Positions 42,762-57,127 of a DNA stretch of 64,000 nt are shown in pieces. How positions within the stretch are numbered: position 1 is the first letter of the stretch; every line of letters starts with the position of its first letter. Location: assembly GCF_056746865.1 (NCBI RefSeq), contig NZ_CM163382.1. One strand, written 5' to 3'. The position numbers were made by a program, and so were the translations under genes. Below the pieces are notes generated by a model. That model did not search any database and was not told the DNA's origin. It was given only the letters and a program-made list of their open reading frames with translations.

Positions 42762-43499
42762 ATGGAAAGCCCTACTCCACAGCCTGCTCCTGGTTCGGCG
42801 ACCTTCATGGAAGGATGCAAAGACAGTTTACCGATTGTTATTAGTTATATTCCGGTGGCCTTTGCGTTCGGTCTGAATGCGACCCGTCTGGGATTCTCTC
42901 CTCTCGAAAGCGTTTTTTTCTCCTGCATCATTTATGCAGGCGCGAGCCAGTTCGTCATTACCGCGATGCTGGCAGCCGGGAGTAGTTTGTGGGTTGCTGC
43001 ACTGACCGTCATGGCAATGGATGTTCGCCATGTTTTGTATGGCCCGTCACTGCGTAGCCGTATTATTCAGCGTCTGCAAAAATCGAAAACCGCCCTGTGG
43101 GCATTTGGCCTGACGGATGAGGTTTTTGCCGCCGCAACCGCAAAACTGGTACGCAATAATCGCCGCTGGAGCGAGAACTGGATGATCGGCATTGCCTTCA
43201 GTTCATGGTCATCGTGGGTATTTGGTACGGTAATAGGGGCATTCTCCGGCAGCGGCTTGCTGCAAGGATATCCCGCCGTTGAAGCAGCATTAGGTTTTAT
43301 GCTTCCGGCACTCTTTATGAGTTTCCTGCTCGCCTCTTTCCAGCGCAAACAATCTCTTTGCGTTACCGCAGCGTTAGTTAGTGCCCTTGCAGGCGTAACG
43401 CTATTTTCTATTCCCGTCGCCATTCTGGCAGGCATTGTCTGTGGCTGCCTCACTGCGTTAATCCAGGCATTCTGGCAAGGAGCGCCCGATGAGCTATGA
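42762..43499 (+). CDS. ygaZ: L-valine exporter subunit YgaZ (AzlC family)
   Basis: 245 aa, matches K-12. Confidence 0.92.
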   Translation: MESPTPQPAPGSATFMEGCKDSLPIVISYIPVAFAFGLNATRLGFSPLESVFFSCIIYAGASQFVITAMLAAGSSLWVAALTVMAMDVRHVLYGPSLRSRIIQRLQKSKTALWAFGLTDEVFAAATAKLVRNNRRWSENWMIGIAFSSWSSWVFGTVIGAFSGSGLLQGYPAVEAALGFMLPALFMSFLLASFQRKQSLCVTAALVSALAGVTLFSIPVAILAGIVCGCLTALIQAFWQGAPDEL

Positions 43500-43824
43500 G
43501 GTTCTGCTGCTTGGGTTACTGGTTGGCGCGGCGAATTATTGCTTCCGCTATTTGCCGCTGCGCCTGCGTGTGGGTAATGCCCGCCCAACCAAACGTGGCG
43601 CGATAGGCATATTGCTCGACACCATTGGCATCGCCTCGATATGCGCTCTGCTGGTTGTCTCTACCGCACCAGAAGTGATGCACGATACACGCCGTTTCGT
43701 GCCCACGCTGGTCGGCTTCGCGGTACTGGGTGCCAGTTTCTATAAAACACGCAGCATTATCATCCCAACACTGCTTAGTGCGCTGGCCTACGGGCTCGCC
43801 TGGAAAGTGATGGCGATTATATAA
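43489..43824 (+). CDS. ygaH: L-valine exporter subunit YgaH (AzlD family)
   Basis: 111 aa, overlaps ygaZ end. Confidence 0.9.
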   Translation: MSYEVLLLGLLVGAANYCFRYLPLRLRVGNARPTKRGAIGILLDTIGIASICALLVVSTAPEVMHDTRRFVPTLVGFAVLGASFYKTRSIIIPTLLSALAYGLAWKVMAII

Positions 43825-43914
43825 CCCACAAGAATCATTTTTCTAAAACAATACATTTACTTTATTTGTCACTGTCGTTACTATATCGGCTGAAATTAAT
43901 GAGGTCATACCCAA

Positions 43915-44445
43915 ATGGATAGTTCGTTTACGCCCATTGAACAAATGCTAAAATTTCGCGCCAGCCGCCACGAAGATTTTCCTTATCAGGAGATCCTTCT
44001 GACCCGTCTTTGCATGCACATGCAAAGCAAGCTGCTGGAGAACCGCAATAAAATGCTGAAGGCTCAGGGGATTAACGAGACGTTGTTTATGGCGTTGATT
44101 ACGCTGGAGTCTCAGGAAAACCACAGTATTCAGCCTTCTGAATTGAGTTGTGCTCTTGGATCATCCCGTACCAACGCGACGCGTATTGCCGATGAACTGG
44201 AAAAACGCGGTTGGATCGAACGTCGTGAAAGCGATAACGATCGCCGCTGCCTGCATCTGCAATTAACGGAAAAAGGTCACGAGTTTTTGCGCGAGGTTTT
44301 ACCACCGCAGCATAACTGCCTGCATCAACTCTGGTCCGCGCTCAGTACAACAGAAAAAGATCAGCTCGAGCAAATCACCCGCAAATTGCTCTCCCGTCTC
44401 GACCAGATGGAACAAGACGGTGTGGTTCTCGAAGCGATGAGCTAA
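43915..44445 (+). CDS. mprA: MarR-family repressor MprA (EmrR)
   Basis: 176 aa, matches K-12. Confidence 0.95.
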
Positions 44446-44571
44446 CGCGTCATCTCGCTCAAAAATCCAGATTTATAAAAGAAAAAATGACTGGCCAGCA
44501 TCGCAACATGCTGGCCTTTTTGGCAAGCAGGTCGGCTCAGCCGATGAGTTAAGAAGATCGTGGAGAACAAT

Positions 44572-45744
44572 ATGAGCGCAAATGCGGAGACTCAAACCCC
44601 GCAGCAACCGGTAAAGAAGAGCGGCAAACGTAAGCGTCTGCTCCTCCTTCTCACCTTGCTCTTTATAATTATTGCCGTAGCGATAGGGATTTATTGGTTT
44701 TTGGTACTGCGTCATTTCGAAGAAACCGATGACGCATACGTGGCAGGGAATCAGATTCAAATTATGTCTCAGGTGTCTGGCAGCGTGACGAAAGTCTGGG
44801 CCGATAACACCGACTTTGTAAAAGAAGGCGATGTGCTGGTCACCCTCGACCCGACAGATGCTCGCCAGGCGTTTGAAAAAGCCAAAACTGCACTGGCTTC
44901 CAGCGTTCGCCAAACCCACCAGCTGATGATTAACAGCAAACAGTTGCAGGCGAATATTGAGGTGCAAAAAATCGCCCTCGCGAAAGCACAAAGCGACTAC
45001 AACCGCCGTGTGCCGCTGGGCAATGCCAACCTGATTGGTCGCGAAGAGCTGCAACACGCCCGCGACGCCGTTACCAGTGCCCAGGCACAACTGGACGTCG
45101 CTATTCAACAATACAATGCCAATCAGGCGATGATTCTGGGGACTAAACTGGAAGATCAGCCTGCCGTGCAACAGGCTGCCACCGAAGTACGTAACGCCTG
45201 GCTGGCGCTGGAGCGTACTCGTATTGTCAGTCCGATGACCGGTTATGTCTCCCGCCGCGCGGTACAGCCTGGGGCACAAATTAGCCCAACGACGCCGCTG
45301 ATGGCGGTCGTTCCAGCCACCAATATGTGGGTGGATGCCAACTTTAAAGAGACGCAGATTGCCAATATGCGTATCGGTCAGCCGGTCACTATCACCACCG
45401 ATATTTACGGCGATGATGTGAAATACACCGGTAAAGTGGTTGGTCTGGATATGGGCACAGGTAGCGCGTTCTCACTGCTTCCGGCGCAAAATGCGACCGG
45501 TAACTGGATCAAAGTCGTTCAGCGTCTGCCTGTTCGTATTGAACTGGACCAGAAACAGCTCGAGCAATACCCGCTGCGTATCGGTTTATCCACGCTGGTG
45601 AGCGTCAATACCACTAACCGTGACGGTCAGGTACTGGCAAATAAAGTACGTTCCACACCGGTAGCGGTAAGCACCGCGCGTGAAATCAGCCTGGCACCTG
45701 TCAATAAACTGATCGACGATATCGTAAAAGCTAACGCTGGCTAA
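44572..45744 (+). CDS. emrA: Multidrug efflux pump membrane fusion protein EmrA
   Basis: Start at MSANAETQTPQQPVKK; 390 aa. Confidence 0.95.
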   Translation: MSANAETQTPQQPVKKSGKRKRLLLLLTLLFIIIAVAIGIYWFLVLRHFEETDDAYVAGNQIQIMSQVSGSVTKVWADNTDFVKEGDVLVTLDPTDARQAFEKAKTALASSVRQTHQLMINSKQLQANIEVQKIALAKAQSDYNRRVPLGNANLIGREELQHARDAVTSAQAQLDVAIQQYNANQAMILGTKLEDQPAVQQAATEVRNAWLALERTRIVSPMTGYVSRRAVQPGAQISPTTPLMAVVPATNMWVDANFKETQIANMRIGQPVTITTDIYGDDVKYTGKVVGLDMGTGSAFSLLPAQNATGNWIKVVQRLPVRIELDQKQLEQYPLRIGLSTLVSVNTTNRDGQVLANKVRSTPVAVSTAREISLAPVNKLIDDIVKANAG

Positions 45745-45760
45745 TCCAGAGGTGCGTGTG

Positions 45761-47299
45761 ATGCAACAGCAAAAACCGCTGGAAGGCGCGCAACTGGTCA
45801 TTATGACGATTGCGCTGTCACTGGCGACATTCATGCAGGTGCTGGACTCCACCATTGCTAACGTGGCGATCCCCACTATCGCCGGGAATCTGGGCTCATC
45901 GCTCAGCCAGGGAACGTGGGTAATCACTTCTTTCGGGGTGGCGAATGCCATCTCGATCCCGCTTACCGGCTGGCTGGCAAAGCGCGTCGGGGAAGTGAAA
46001 CTATTCCTCTGGTCAACCATCGCCTTTGCTATTGCGTCGTGGGCGTGTGGTGTCTCCAGCAGCCTGAATATGCTGATCTTCTTCCGCGTGATTCAGGGGA
46101 TTGTCGCCGGACCGTTGATCCCGCTTTCGCAAAGTCTATTGCTGAATAACTACCCGCCAGCCAAACGCTCGATCGCGCTGGCGTTGTGGTCAATGACGGT
46201 GATTGTCGCGCCAATTTGCGGCCCGATCCTCGGCGGTTATATCAGCGATAATTACCACTGGGGCTGGATATTCTTCATCAACGTGCCAATTGGCGTGGCG
46301 GTGGTGTTGATGACACTGCAAACCCTGCGCGGACGCGAAACCCGCACCGAACGGCGGCGGATTGATGCCGTGGGGCTGGCACTGCTGGTTATTGGTATAG
46401 GCAGCCTGCAGATTATGCTCGACCGCGGTAAAGAGCTGGACTGGTTCTCATCACAGGAAATTATCATCCTTACCGTGGTGGCAGTGGTGGCTATCTGCTT
46501 CCTGATTGTCTGGGAGCTGACCGACGATAACCCGATAGTCGATCTGTCGTTGTTTAAGTCGCGCAACTTCACCATCGGCTGCTTGTGTATCAGCCTCGCG
46601 TATATGCTCTACTTCGGCGCGATTGTTCTGCTGCCGCAGTTGTTGCAGGAGGTCTACGGTTACACGGCGACCTGGGCAGGTTTGGCCTCTGCGCCGGTAG
46701 GGATTATTCCGGTGATCCTGTCGCCGATTATCGGCCGCTTCGCGCATAAACTGGATATGCGGCGGCTGGTAACCTTCAGCTTTATTATGTATGCCGTCTG
46801 CTTCTACTGGCGTGCCTATACCTTTGAACCAGGTATGGATTTTGGCGCGTCGGCCTGGCCGCAGTTTATCCAGGGTTTTGCGGTGGCCTGCTTCTTTATG
46901 CCGCTGACCACCATTACGCTGTCTGGTTTGCCACCGGAACGACTGGCGGCGGCATCGAGCCTCTCTAACTTTACGCGAACGCTGGCGGGGTCTATCGGCA
47001 CATCCATCACCACCACCATGTGGACCAACCGCGAGTCGATGCACCACGCACAGTTAACCGAGTCGGTAAACCCGTTCAACCCGAATGCCCAGGCGATGTA
47101 CAGTCAACTGGAAGGACTGGGAATGACGCAACAGCAGGCATCAGGCTGGATTGCCCAGCAGATCACCAATCAGGGGCTGATTATTTCCGCCAATGAGATC
47201 TTCTGGATGTCTGCCGGGATATTCCTCGTCTTGCTGGGGCTGGTGTGGTTTGCTAAACCGCCATTTGGCGCAGGTGGCGGCGGAGGTGGTGCGCACTAA
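45761..47299 (+). CDS. emrB: Multidrug efflux MFS transporter EmrB
   Basis: Start at MQQQKPLEGAQL; 512 aa. Confidence 0.95.
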   Translation: MQQQKPLEGAQLVIMTIALSLATFMQVLDSTIANVAIPTIAGNLGSSLSQGTWVITSFGVANAISIPLTGWLAKRVGEVKLFLWSTIAFAIASWACGVSSSLNMLIFFRVIQGIVAGPLIPLSQSLLLNNYPPAKRSIALALWSMTVIVAPICGPILGGYISDNYHWGWIFFINVPIGVAVVLMTLQTLRGRETRTERRRIDAVGLALLVIGIGSLQIMLDRGKELDWFSSQEIIILTVVAVVAICFLIVWELTDDNPIVDLSLFKSRNFTIGCLCISLAYMLYFGAIVLLPQLLQEVYGYTATWAGLASAPVGIIPVILSPIIGRFAHKLDMRRLVTFSFIMYAVCFYWRAYTFEPGMDFGASAWPQFIQGFAVACFFMPLTTITLSGLPPERLAAASSLSNFTRTLAGSIGTSITTTMWTNRESMHHAQLTESVNPFNPNAQAMYSQLEGLGMTQQQASGWIAQQITNQGLIISANEIFWMSAGIFLVLLGLVWFAKPPFGAGGGGGGAH

Positions 47300-47307
47300 G
47301 TACAACT

Positions 47308-47336
47308 AAGCCAGTTCATTTGAACTGGCTTTTTTC
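47308..47336. terminator. Bidirectional rho-independent terminator between emrB and luxS
   Basis: aagccagttca ttt gaactggctt hairpin followed by TTTTT. Confidence 0.65.
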
Positions 47337-47362
47337 AATTAATTGTGAAGATAGTTTACTGA

Positions 47363-47878
47363 CTAGATGTGCAGTTCCTGCAACTTCTCTTTCGGCAGCG
47401 CCAGTTCTTCGTTGCTGTTGATGCGTACGTCACGTTCCAGAATGCTACGCGCAATATCCTGTGCTTCCTGCAACGAGTGCATCTGGTAAGTGCCACACTG
47501 GTAGACGTTCAGTTCCGGGATCTGATTCTGATCCTGCACTTTCAGCACGTCTTCCATTGCCGCTTTCCAGGCATCAGCGACACGCTGCTCATCTGGCGTA
47601 CCAATCAGACTCATATAAAAACCGGTGCGGCAGCCCATTGGCGAGATATCGATAATCTCTACACCATTACCGTTAAGATGGTTACGCATAAAACCAGCAA
47701 ACAGGTGCTCCAGGGTATGGATCCCTCTTTCTGGCATCACTTCTTTGTTCGGCACGCAGAAGCGCAGATCGAACACGGTGATTGCGTCGCCATGCGGGGT
47801 GTTCATTGTTTTCGCCACCCGAACTGCAGGCGCTTCCATCCGGGTATGATCGACTGTGAAGCTATCTAACAACGGCAT
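47363..47878 (-). CDS. luxS: S-ribosylhomocysteine lyase LuxS
   Basis: 171 aa, matches K-12 LuxS. Confidence 0.96.
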
Positions 47879-47946
47879 TTAGCCACCTCCGGTAATTTTT
47901 TTAAAAATTTTCTGAACTCTTTCTTCCCAGGCGAGTCTGAGTATAT

Positions 47947-48019
47947 GAAAGACGCGCATTTGTTATCATCATCCCTGAATTCAGAGATGAAATTTTGGCC
48001 ACTCACGAGTGGCCTTTTT
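47947..48019 (+). ncRNA. micA: Small regulatory RNA MicA (SraD)
   Basis: GAAAGACGCGCATTTGTTATCATCATCCCTGAATTCAGAGATGAAATTTTGGCCACTCACGAGTGGCCTTTTT matches the recalled MicA sequence, including terminator hairpin; located between luxS and gshA. Confidence 0.85.
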
Positions 48020-48027
48020 CTTTTCTG

Positions 48028-49611
<1,584 letters not shown>

Positions 49612-49656
49612 TTAATTAGCATAACTGTAATGGTGACCATATGTGCAGGCCTACAA

Positions 49657-50085
49657 TTAGTGCCACCACATCATGCCCTGAACGGTCGCTGCTGCAACTG
49701 CAACATAGCGTAACGCTTTACCAAGGCACAAAAAAAAGATTACTGGCCCCCAGGAGATGCGCATCCATCCCGCTAACAGACACAGTAAATCGCCAACCAC
49801 GGGCATCCAGCTTAATAATAGCGTGACTGCACCATAGCGTTTCAGCCAGCCGGTAGCTTTCTCTTGCCAGCGCGATGTTTTACGCAATGGAAAGAAACGC
49901 CCAAGGATAACGTTAGTTAACCCTCCAAGGCTATTACCCATTGTTGCTGTTAAAACTAAAACCCAGGGATGACTGATCCCGGAAAGCAACATTGCCACCA
50001 GCACGACTTCGGAGTTGCCGGGTAATAGTGTAGCGCTGAGAAAACTACTGGCAAACAACGAGAAAAGCGATAACGCTTCACTCAC
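49657..50085 (-). CDS. yqaA: DedA/YqaA-family inner membrane protein
   Basis: 142 aa, matches K-12. Confidence 0.9.
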   Translation of the reverse strand: MSEALSLFSLFASSFLSATLLPGNSEVVLVAMLLSGISHPWVLVLTATMGNSLGGLTNVILGRFFPLRKTSRWQEKATGWLKRYGAVTLLLSWMPVVGDLLCLLAGWMRISWGPVIFFLCLGKALRYVAVAAATVQGMMWWH

Positions 50086-50648
50086 AGCAAGCGAACATCC
50101 ACGGCGTCCATACCTGCTGCACGGGCCGCCTGAATACCGAAATCGGCATCTTCAAAGACCACACACTGCGTCGGTTGCACGCCCATACGCTGCGCGCACA
50201 ACAAAAATGTGTCTGGCGCAGGTTTATGATGTTTGACGTGATCGGCAGCGACGACGGCGTCAAAATAATGGCGTAACCCCAGGTGCGCCAGCAATGCCTC
50301 AGCGATGGCGCTTTCACTCCCCGTTCCTACAGCCATTGGGCGACGACCATGCCAACTTTTCACCACTTCGACAAGAGGAAGCGGCTCGACACTATCCAGC
50401 AGCATACTTCTTACTGCTTCTGTTTTTTCACGCGCTAACGCATGCGGGTCGAGATCGGCCTGATTCAGCTCAATAATCGCCTGAGCAATACGCCAGGTGG
50501 GCGAGCCATTAAGCGCAATCATCGCCTGAACATCGTACTGAAGACCGTAGTGCCCTAATACTTCGCGCCACGCTTTACGGTGTGTAGGCTCCGTATCCAG
50601 GATTGTGCCATCCATATCAAAAATTAAACCTGCATAACGCTCGTACAT
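50082..50648 (-). CDS. yqaB: HAD-family sugar phosphatase YqaB
   Basis: 188 aa; starts with the HAD DxD motif (FDMDGT). Confidence 0.92.
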   Translation of the reverse strand: MYERYAGLIFDMDGTILDTEPTHRKAWREVLGHYGLQYDVQAMIALNGSPTWRIAQAIIELNQADLDPHALAREKTEAVRSMLLDSVEPLPLVEVVKSWHGRRPMAVGTGSESAIAEALLAHLGLRHYFDAVVAADHVKHHKPAPDTFLLCAQRMGVQPTQCVVFEDADFGIQAARAAGMDAVDVRLL

Positions 50649-50927
50649 GGTCTTCTCGCAAGTCGAAAAATATGACGCTACTTTAGCGTAATTGCTTGAT
50701 TTTGTCGCTGATGGAGAAGGAGAAGAAAATTCAGGAAATGGATAAAGTAGTTATTTAGAAATGAGATATTTTTGAAGGAAATTTTTTGGAGAATATGGGC
50801 ATCCGGGAGGATGACTCACTGGCGTTCGCCCTTCAGGCCGTTGCTGGCGCAACGTTATCCACCCAGGTGCTGGTGGTTATTACCACCATCTCTTCCATAC
50901 TTTCATTGCTGAAAGTTACGGAGAATA

Positions 50928-51004
50928 TGGTGCATCCGGGAGGATTCGAACCTCCGACCGCTCGGTTCGTAGCCGAGTACTCTATCCAGCTGAGCTACGG
51001 ATGC
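50928..51004 (-). tRNA. argQ: tRNA-Arg (anticodon ACG), copy 1
   Basis: Reverse complement GCATCCGTAGCTCAGCTGGATAGAGTACTCGGCTACGAACCGAGCGGTCGGAGGTTCGAATCCTCCCGGATGCACCA. Confidence 0.9.
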
Positions 51005-51202
51005 ATCGGGAAAATTTATTTTACTGCTGATATTGATATCGCTACTAAAGCCATATCAAGTAAGAGATGGTGCATCCGGGAGGATTACTCGCCTTGCGGC
51101 TCGCCCTTCGGGCCGTTGCTAAAGCAACGTTATCCTTCCTGGTGCCTGCGGTTAATTCCGCTACCTCTTCGATATCTTCATTGCTGAAGATTTCGGAGAA
51201 TA

Positions 51203-51279
51203 TGGTGCATCCGGGAGGATTCGAACCTCCGACCGCTCGGTTCGTAGCCGAGTACTCTATCCAGCTGAGCTACGGATGC
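51203..51279 (-). tRNA. argZ: tRNA-Arg (ACG), copy 2
   Basis: Identical 77-nt tRNA sequence. Confidence 0.9.
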
Positions 51280-51476
51280 ATCGGGAAATTTATTTTACTG
51301 CTGATATTGATACCGCTACTAAAGCCATATCAAGTAAGAGATGGTGCATCCGGGAGGATTACTCGCCTTGCGGCTCGCCCTTCGGGCCGTTGCTAAAGCA
51401 ACGTTATCCTCCCTGGTGCCTGCGGTTATTACCGCCACCTCTTCCATACCTTCATCGCTAAAGGTTACGGAGAATA

Positions 51477-51553
51477 TGGTGCATCCGGGAGGATTCGAAC
51501 CTCCGACCGCTCGGTTCGTAGCCGAGTACTCTATCCAGCTGAGCTACGGATGC
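51477..51553 (-). tRNA. argY: tRNA-Arg (ACG), copy 3
   Basis: Identical 77-nt tRNA sequence. Confidence 0.9.
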
Positions 51554-51751
51554 ATCGGGAAACTTACTTTACTGCAGATTTTTTGATACCGCTACTAAAG
51601 CCGTATCAAGTAAGAGATGGTGCATCCGGGAGGATTACTCGCCTTGCGGCTCGCCCTTCGGGCCGTTGCTAAAGCAACGTTATCCTCCCTGGTGCCTGCG
51701 GTTATTACCGCCACCTCTTCTATACCTTCATCGCTGAAAGTACGTAGAATA

Positions 51752-51828
51752 TGGTGCATCCGGGAGGATTCGAACCTCCGACCGCTCGGTTCGTAGCCGA
51801 GTACTCTATCCAGCTGAGCTACGGATGC
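51752..51828 (-). tRNA. argV: tRNA-Arg (ACG), copy 4
   Basis: Identical 77-nt tRNA sequence. Confidence 0.9.
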
Positions 51829-51831
51829 AAA

Positions 51832-51924
51832 TGGCGGTGAGGCGGGGATTCGAACCCCGGATGCAGCTTTTGACCGCATACTCCCTTAGCAGGGGAGCGC
51901 CTTCAGCCTCTCGGCCACCTCACC
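51832..51924 (-). tRNA. serV: tRNA-Ser (anticodon GCU)
   Basis: Reverse complement GGTGAGGTGGCCGAGAGGCTGAAGGCGCTCCCCTGCTAAGGGAGTATGCGGTCAAAAGCTGCATCCGGGGTTCGAATCCCCGCCTCACCGCCA. Confidence 0.9.
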
Positions 51925-52239
51925 ACACGCCTCTTACGAGTGCTTCGAAGAACTTGTTTATCGCTCATCGTCGCTGCGTGGCGCACATATTACTTTCTGA
52001 GACTTATAAGTCAAACAATTTTTCCCACACTTTTATCGTTTGCACACTTCACGCTCAATTAGTCTGTAAAAACGTCAAAAAGAGTGTTTTATCAACAAAA
52101 AAACGGAGGTCTGTCAGATAGCAGTAATGCAAAAAAATGGAGACTTAAGTTGAATGAACGGGAGTAAAGCGAAAAGACAATGGAGTGAAGAAGAAATTTT
52201 GAGGGTGCGTCTCACCGATAAAGATGAGACGCGGAAAGA

Positions 52240-52425
52240 TTAGTAACTGGACTGCTGGGATTTTTCAGCCTGGATACGCTGGTAGATCTCTTCACGGTGA
52301 ACAGAAACTTCCTTCGGGGCATTTACGCCAATACGTACCTGGTTGCCCTTTACCCCTAAAACTGTCACGGTGACCTCATCCCCAATCATGAGGGTCTCAC
52401 CAACTCGACGAGTCAGAATCAGCAT
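52240..52425 (-). CDS. csrA: Carbon storage regulator CsrA
   Basis: 61 aa, [61 protein letters not shown]. Confidence 0.97.
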
Positions 52426-52659
52426 TCTTTGCTCCTTGAAAGATTAAAAGAGTCGGGTCTCTCTGTATCCCGGCATTATCCATCATATAACGCCAAAAAG
52501 TAAGCAATGACAAACACATTACATGTAAGCAGTCATGGCATTACATTCTGTTAAACCTAAGTTTAGCCGATATACACAACTTCAACCTGACTTTATCGTT
52601 GTCGATAGCGTTAATGCGAATGCCGTGAAGCGAGTCCACGGCATTGCCTGACGCTTATA

Positions 52660-55290
52660 TTATTGCAATTTCGCGCTGACCCAGCCTTTCACACTGGCTA
52701 ACGCTGCAGGTAAGGCCGCAGCATCCGTACCACCGGCTTGCGCCATGTCAGGACGTCCACCACCCTTGCCGCCCACCTGCTGAGCGACCATACCAATCAG
52801 TTCCCCTGCTTTCACACGATCTGTGACGTCCTTAGATACGCCTGCAATCAGAGAAACCTTACCTTCGACTACCGTTGCCAGCACGATAATTGTCGACCCC
52901 AGCTGATTTTTTAAATCGTCAACCATGGTACGCAACATTTTCGGCTCAACACCGCTAAGCTCGCTAACCAACAGCTTAACACCATTAACATCAATTGCCT
53001 TACTGGAAAGATTTGCGCTCTCCTGTGCGGCAGCTTGTTCTTTAAGCTGTTGTAACTCTTTTTCCAGCTGACGCGTACGTTCCAGTACTGAGCGCACTTT
53101 ATCAGCCAGATTATTGCTATCGCCTTTCAGCAGATGCGCGACTTCGCTTAAGCGATCGCTGTCTGCATGAACGGTGGCGATAGCGCCTTCTCCGGTTACC
53201 GCTTCGATACGACGAACGCCTGCAGCAGTACCCGATTCAGAGATGATGCGGAACAGACCAATATCACCGGTGCGGCTTGCGTGAGTACCGCCACACAGCT
53301 CGGTGGAGAAATCGCCCATGCTCAGCACGCGTACGCGCTCATCATACTTCTCGCCGAACAGCGCCATCGCACCTTTCGCTTTCGCCGCTTCGAGATCCAT
53401 GATGTTGGTTTCGATCGGCAAGTTACGGCGAATCTGTGCGTTCACCAGGTCTTCGACCGCACGAATCTCTTCTGGTTTCATCGCTTCGTTGTGTGAGAAG
53501 TCGAAGCGCAGCACTTTGTCGTTAACCAGTGAACCTTTCTGCGATACATGAGTACCCAGAACCTGGCGCAGCGCAGCGTGCATCAGGTGCGTTGCGGAGT
53601 GATTCAGACGAATACGGGCGCGACGAGCTTCATCAACATCAGCCTGCACCGCGTCGCCCACTTTCAGAGAACCCGCAGCAAGTTTACCGATGTGACCAAT
53701 CGCCTGGCCGTATTTCTGCGTATCTTCCACCGCAAAGGAGAAGTTAGTGCCTTTCAGTTCGCCTTTATCACCAACCTGACCGCCGGATTCCGCATAGAAT
53801 GGCGTTTGATCCAGCACGACCACAGCTTCCTGGCCTGCATTGATGGCATCAACCGCTTTACCATCAACAAACAGCGCGGTCACTTTGCCGTTCAGTTCCA
53901 GATGGTCATAGCCTTTAAATTCAGATGCACTGTCAACACGGATCATTGCGTTGTAATCGGCACCAAAGCCGCTGGCTTCGCGCGCGCGACGACGCTGCTC
54001 TTCCATTGCTGCTTCGAAACCAGCTTCGTCAACTTTGATGTTGCGCTCACGACAAACATCAGCCGTCAGGTCAACCGGGAAGCCATAGGTGTCGTACAGA
54101 CGGAAAGCCGTTTCACCATCCAGCGTATCACCAGAAAGTTTTGCCAGCTCTTCATCCAGCAGCGCCAGACCGCGCTCCAGAGTACGGGCAAACTGCTCTT
54201 CTTCAGTCTTCAGCACCTGCTCAACCTGCGCCTGCTGGCGTTTCAGGTCTTCACCCGCAGAGCCCATTACGTCGATCAGCGGACCAACCAGTTTGTAGAA
54301 GAAGGTTTCTTTCGCGCCCAGCATATTGCCGTGACGCACTGCGCGACGAATGATACGACGCAGTACATAACCACGGTTTTCATTGGACGGCATTACGCCA
54401 TCCGCGATCAGGAACGCACAAGAACGAATGTGGTCAGCGATTACGCGCAGCGATTTATTGCTCAGATCGGTCGCGCCAGTGACTTTCGCTACCGCCTGGA
54501 TCAGCGTGCGGAACAGGTCGATGTCATAGTTAGAGTTAACGTGTTGCAGCACCGCAGCAATACGCTCCAGACCCATACCGGTATCTACAGACGGCTTCGG
54601 CAGCGGTTCCATCGTGCCATCTGCCTGGCGGTTGAACTGCATGAAGACGATGTTCCAGATCTCAATGTAGCGATCGCCGTCTTCTTCCGGACTTCCCGGA
54701 GGGCCACCCCAAATGTGGTCGCCGTGATCGTAGAAGATTTCGGTGCACGGGCCGCACGGACCAGTGTCACCCATCTGCCAGAAGTTGTCAGATGCGTATG
54801 GCGCACCTTTGTTATCGCCGATGCGAATAATACGTTCGCGCGGGATCCCTACTTCTTTTTCCCAGATTTCGTAGGCTTCGTCGTCGCTTTCATAGACGGT
54901 AACCCACAGACGCTCTTTCGGCAGGGCAAACCATTTTTCGCTGGTCAGCAGTTCCCATGCAAACTGAATGGCATCGTGTTTGAAATAGTCGCCGAAGCTG
55001 AAGTTGCCCAGCATTTCGAAGAAGGTATGGTGACGCGCGGTGTAACCGACGTTTTCCAGGTCGTTGTGTTTACCACCCGCACGCACGCAGCGTTGGGAAG
55101 TGGTAGCGCGGGAATAATTACGCTTGTCGAGCCCAAGGAACACATCCTTGAACTGGTTCATCCCGGCGTTGGTAAACAACAAAGTTGGGTCGTTATGGGG
55201 TACCAGGGAGCTGCTGGCAACTACCTGATGTCCCTTACTATGGAAAAAGTCGAGAAACGCCTGACGGATCTCAGCGGTGCTCTTGCTCAT
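52660..55290 (-). CDS. alaS: Alanine-tRNA ligase AlaS
   Basis: 876 aa, matches K-12. Confidence 0.96.
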   Translation of the reverse strand: MSKSTAEIRQAFLDFFHSKGHQVVASSSLVPHNDPTLLFTNAGMNQFKDVFLGLDKRNYSRATTSQRCVRAGGKHNDLENVGYTARHHTFFEMLGNFSFGDYFKHDAIQFAWELLTSEKWFALPKERLWVTVYESDDEAYEIWEKEVGIPRERIIRIGDNKGAPYASDNFWQMGDTGPCGPCTEIFYDHGDHIWGGPPGSPEEDGDRYIEIWNIVFMQFNRQADGTMEPLPKPSVDTGMGLERIAAVLQHVNSNYDIDLFRTLIQAVAKVTGATDLSNKSLRVIADHIRSCAFLIADGVMPSNENRGYVLRRIIRRAVRHGNMLGAKETFFYKLVGPLIDVMGSAGEDLKRQQAQVEQVLKTEEEQFARTLERGLALLDEELAKLSGDTLDGETAFRLYDTYGFPVDLTADVCRERNIKVDEAGFEAAMEEQRRRAREASGFGADYNAMIRVDSASEFKGYDHLELNGKVTALFVDGKAVDAINAGQEAVVVLDQTPFYAESGGQVGDKGELKGTNFSFAVEDTQKYGQAIGHIGKLAAGSLKVGDAVQADVDEARRARIRLNHSATHLMHAALRQVLGTHVSQKGSLVNDKVLRFDFSHNEAMKPEEIRAVEDLVNAQIRRNLPIETNIMDLEAAKAKGAMALFGEKYDERVRVLSMGDFSTELCGGTHASRTGDIGLFRIISESGTAAGVRRIEAVTGEGAIATVHADSDRLSEVAHLLKGDSNNLADKVRSVLERTRQLEKELQQLKEQAAAQESANLSSKAIDVNGVKLLVSELSGVEPKMLRTMVDDLKNQLGSTIIVLATVVEGKVSLIAGVSKDVTDRVKAGELIGMVAQQVGGKGGGRPDMAQAGGTDAAALPAALASVKGWVSAKLQ

Positions 55291-55417
55291 AATTATCCTG
55301 AAATCAAGCTAACGAAATATCGCCACCAGCTCCAGCGTGTCTTAACCGCCGGGCTGGTAACTGAAAAGTGGGAATAAGATAAGTTTTCTTGACTGGGAAG
55401 TAAAATACCGTATGCGT

Positions 55418-55918
55418 TCAGTCGGCAAAATTTCGCCAAATATCCTGGATATCTTCCATCAGATAGCCACGATAGAGCAGAAAACGCTGGATCTTAACTT
55501 TTTCTGAAAAGACAGTTGGCAAAGGTTCGCCATATTTTCGCGTCGCCTGATCGCGCGCCAGTGCGCACCAGTCGATGTCACATTCACGCATCGCTTTTTC
55601 TGTCGCTTCGCGGGAAATACCTTTCTGATTCAGTTCCTGACGAATACGCGCAGGTCCATAACCTTTGCGGCTACGGCTGGCGATAAAGCGCGCCACAAAT
55701 CGGCTGTCATCGAGATAGCCATGTTCATGGCACCAGGCAATAACGCGCTCGTAATCTTCTGCCGTGGCATCAATCTCTTCCGGGCCATTTTTGCCCATAA
55801 TCGGTGCCGCGAGTTTACGTCGCAGTTCTTGCTCACTGTGATCGCGCACCGCCAGAATGCGTACCGCACGATCCAACAGGCGAGCATATGCCGGGCGACG
55901 GGACGTTGATTCTGTCAT
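55418..55918 (-). CDS. recX: RecA regulator RecX
   Basis: 166 aa, matches K-12. Confidence 0.94.
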   Translation of the reverse strand: MTESTSRRPAYARLLDRAVRILAVRDHSEQELRRKLAAPIMGKNGPEEIDATAEDYERVIAWCHEHGYLDDSRFVARFIASRSRKGYGPARIRQELNQKGISREATEKAMRECDIDWCALARDQATRKYGEPLPTVFSEKVKIQRFLLYRGYLMEDIQDIWRNFAD

Positions 55919-55986
55919 GGCATATCCTTACAACTTAAAAAAGCAAAAGGGCCGCAGATGCGACCCTTGTGTATCAAACAAGACGA

Positions 55987-57127
<1,141 letters not shown>

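Larger units (their letters stand above)
50800..51751 (-). repeat. Tandem repeat units (~270 bp: spacer + tRNA-Arg) carrying truncated tRNA 3'-end copies in each spacer
   Basis: Each spacer repeats ggtgcatccgggaggattactcgccttgcggctcgcccttcgggccgttgctaaagcaacgttatcc; a fifth, diverged unit lies at 50800-50927. Confidence 0.7.

Noticed and set aside
50786-51586. Repeated 60-130-aa ORFs ([29 protein letters not shown]...) in the tRNA-Arg array
   Set aside because: They are translations across tRNA genes and spacer repeats, not protein-coding genes; could also be mistaken for a CRISPR-like array but the repeats are 77-nt tRNAs with ~198-bp near-identical spacers.
53548-55377. 609-aa ORF on the plus strand, antisense to alaS
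   Set aside because: Lies entirely inside the well-supported alaS gene on the opposite strand; long antisense open frames are a common artefact in conserved genes; no translation signals.
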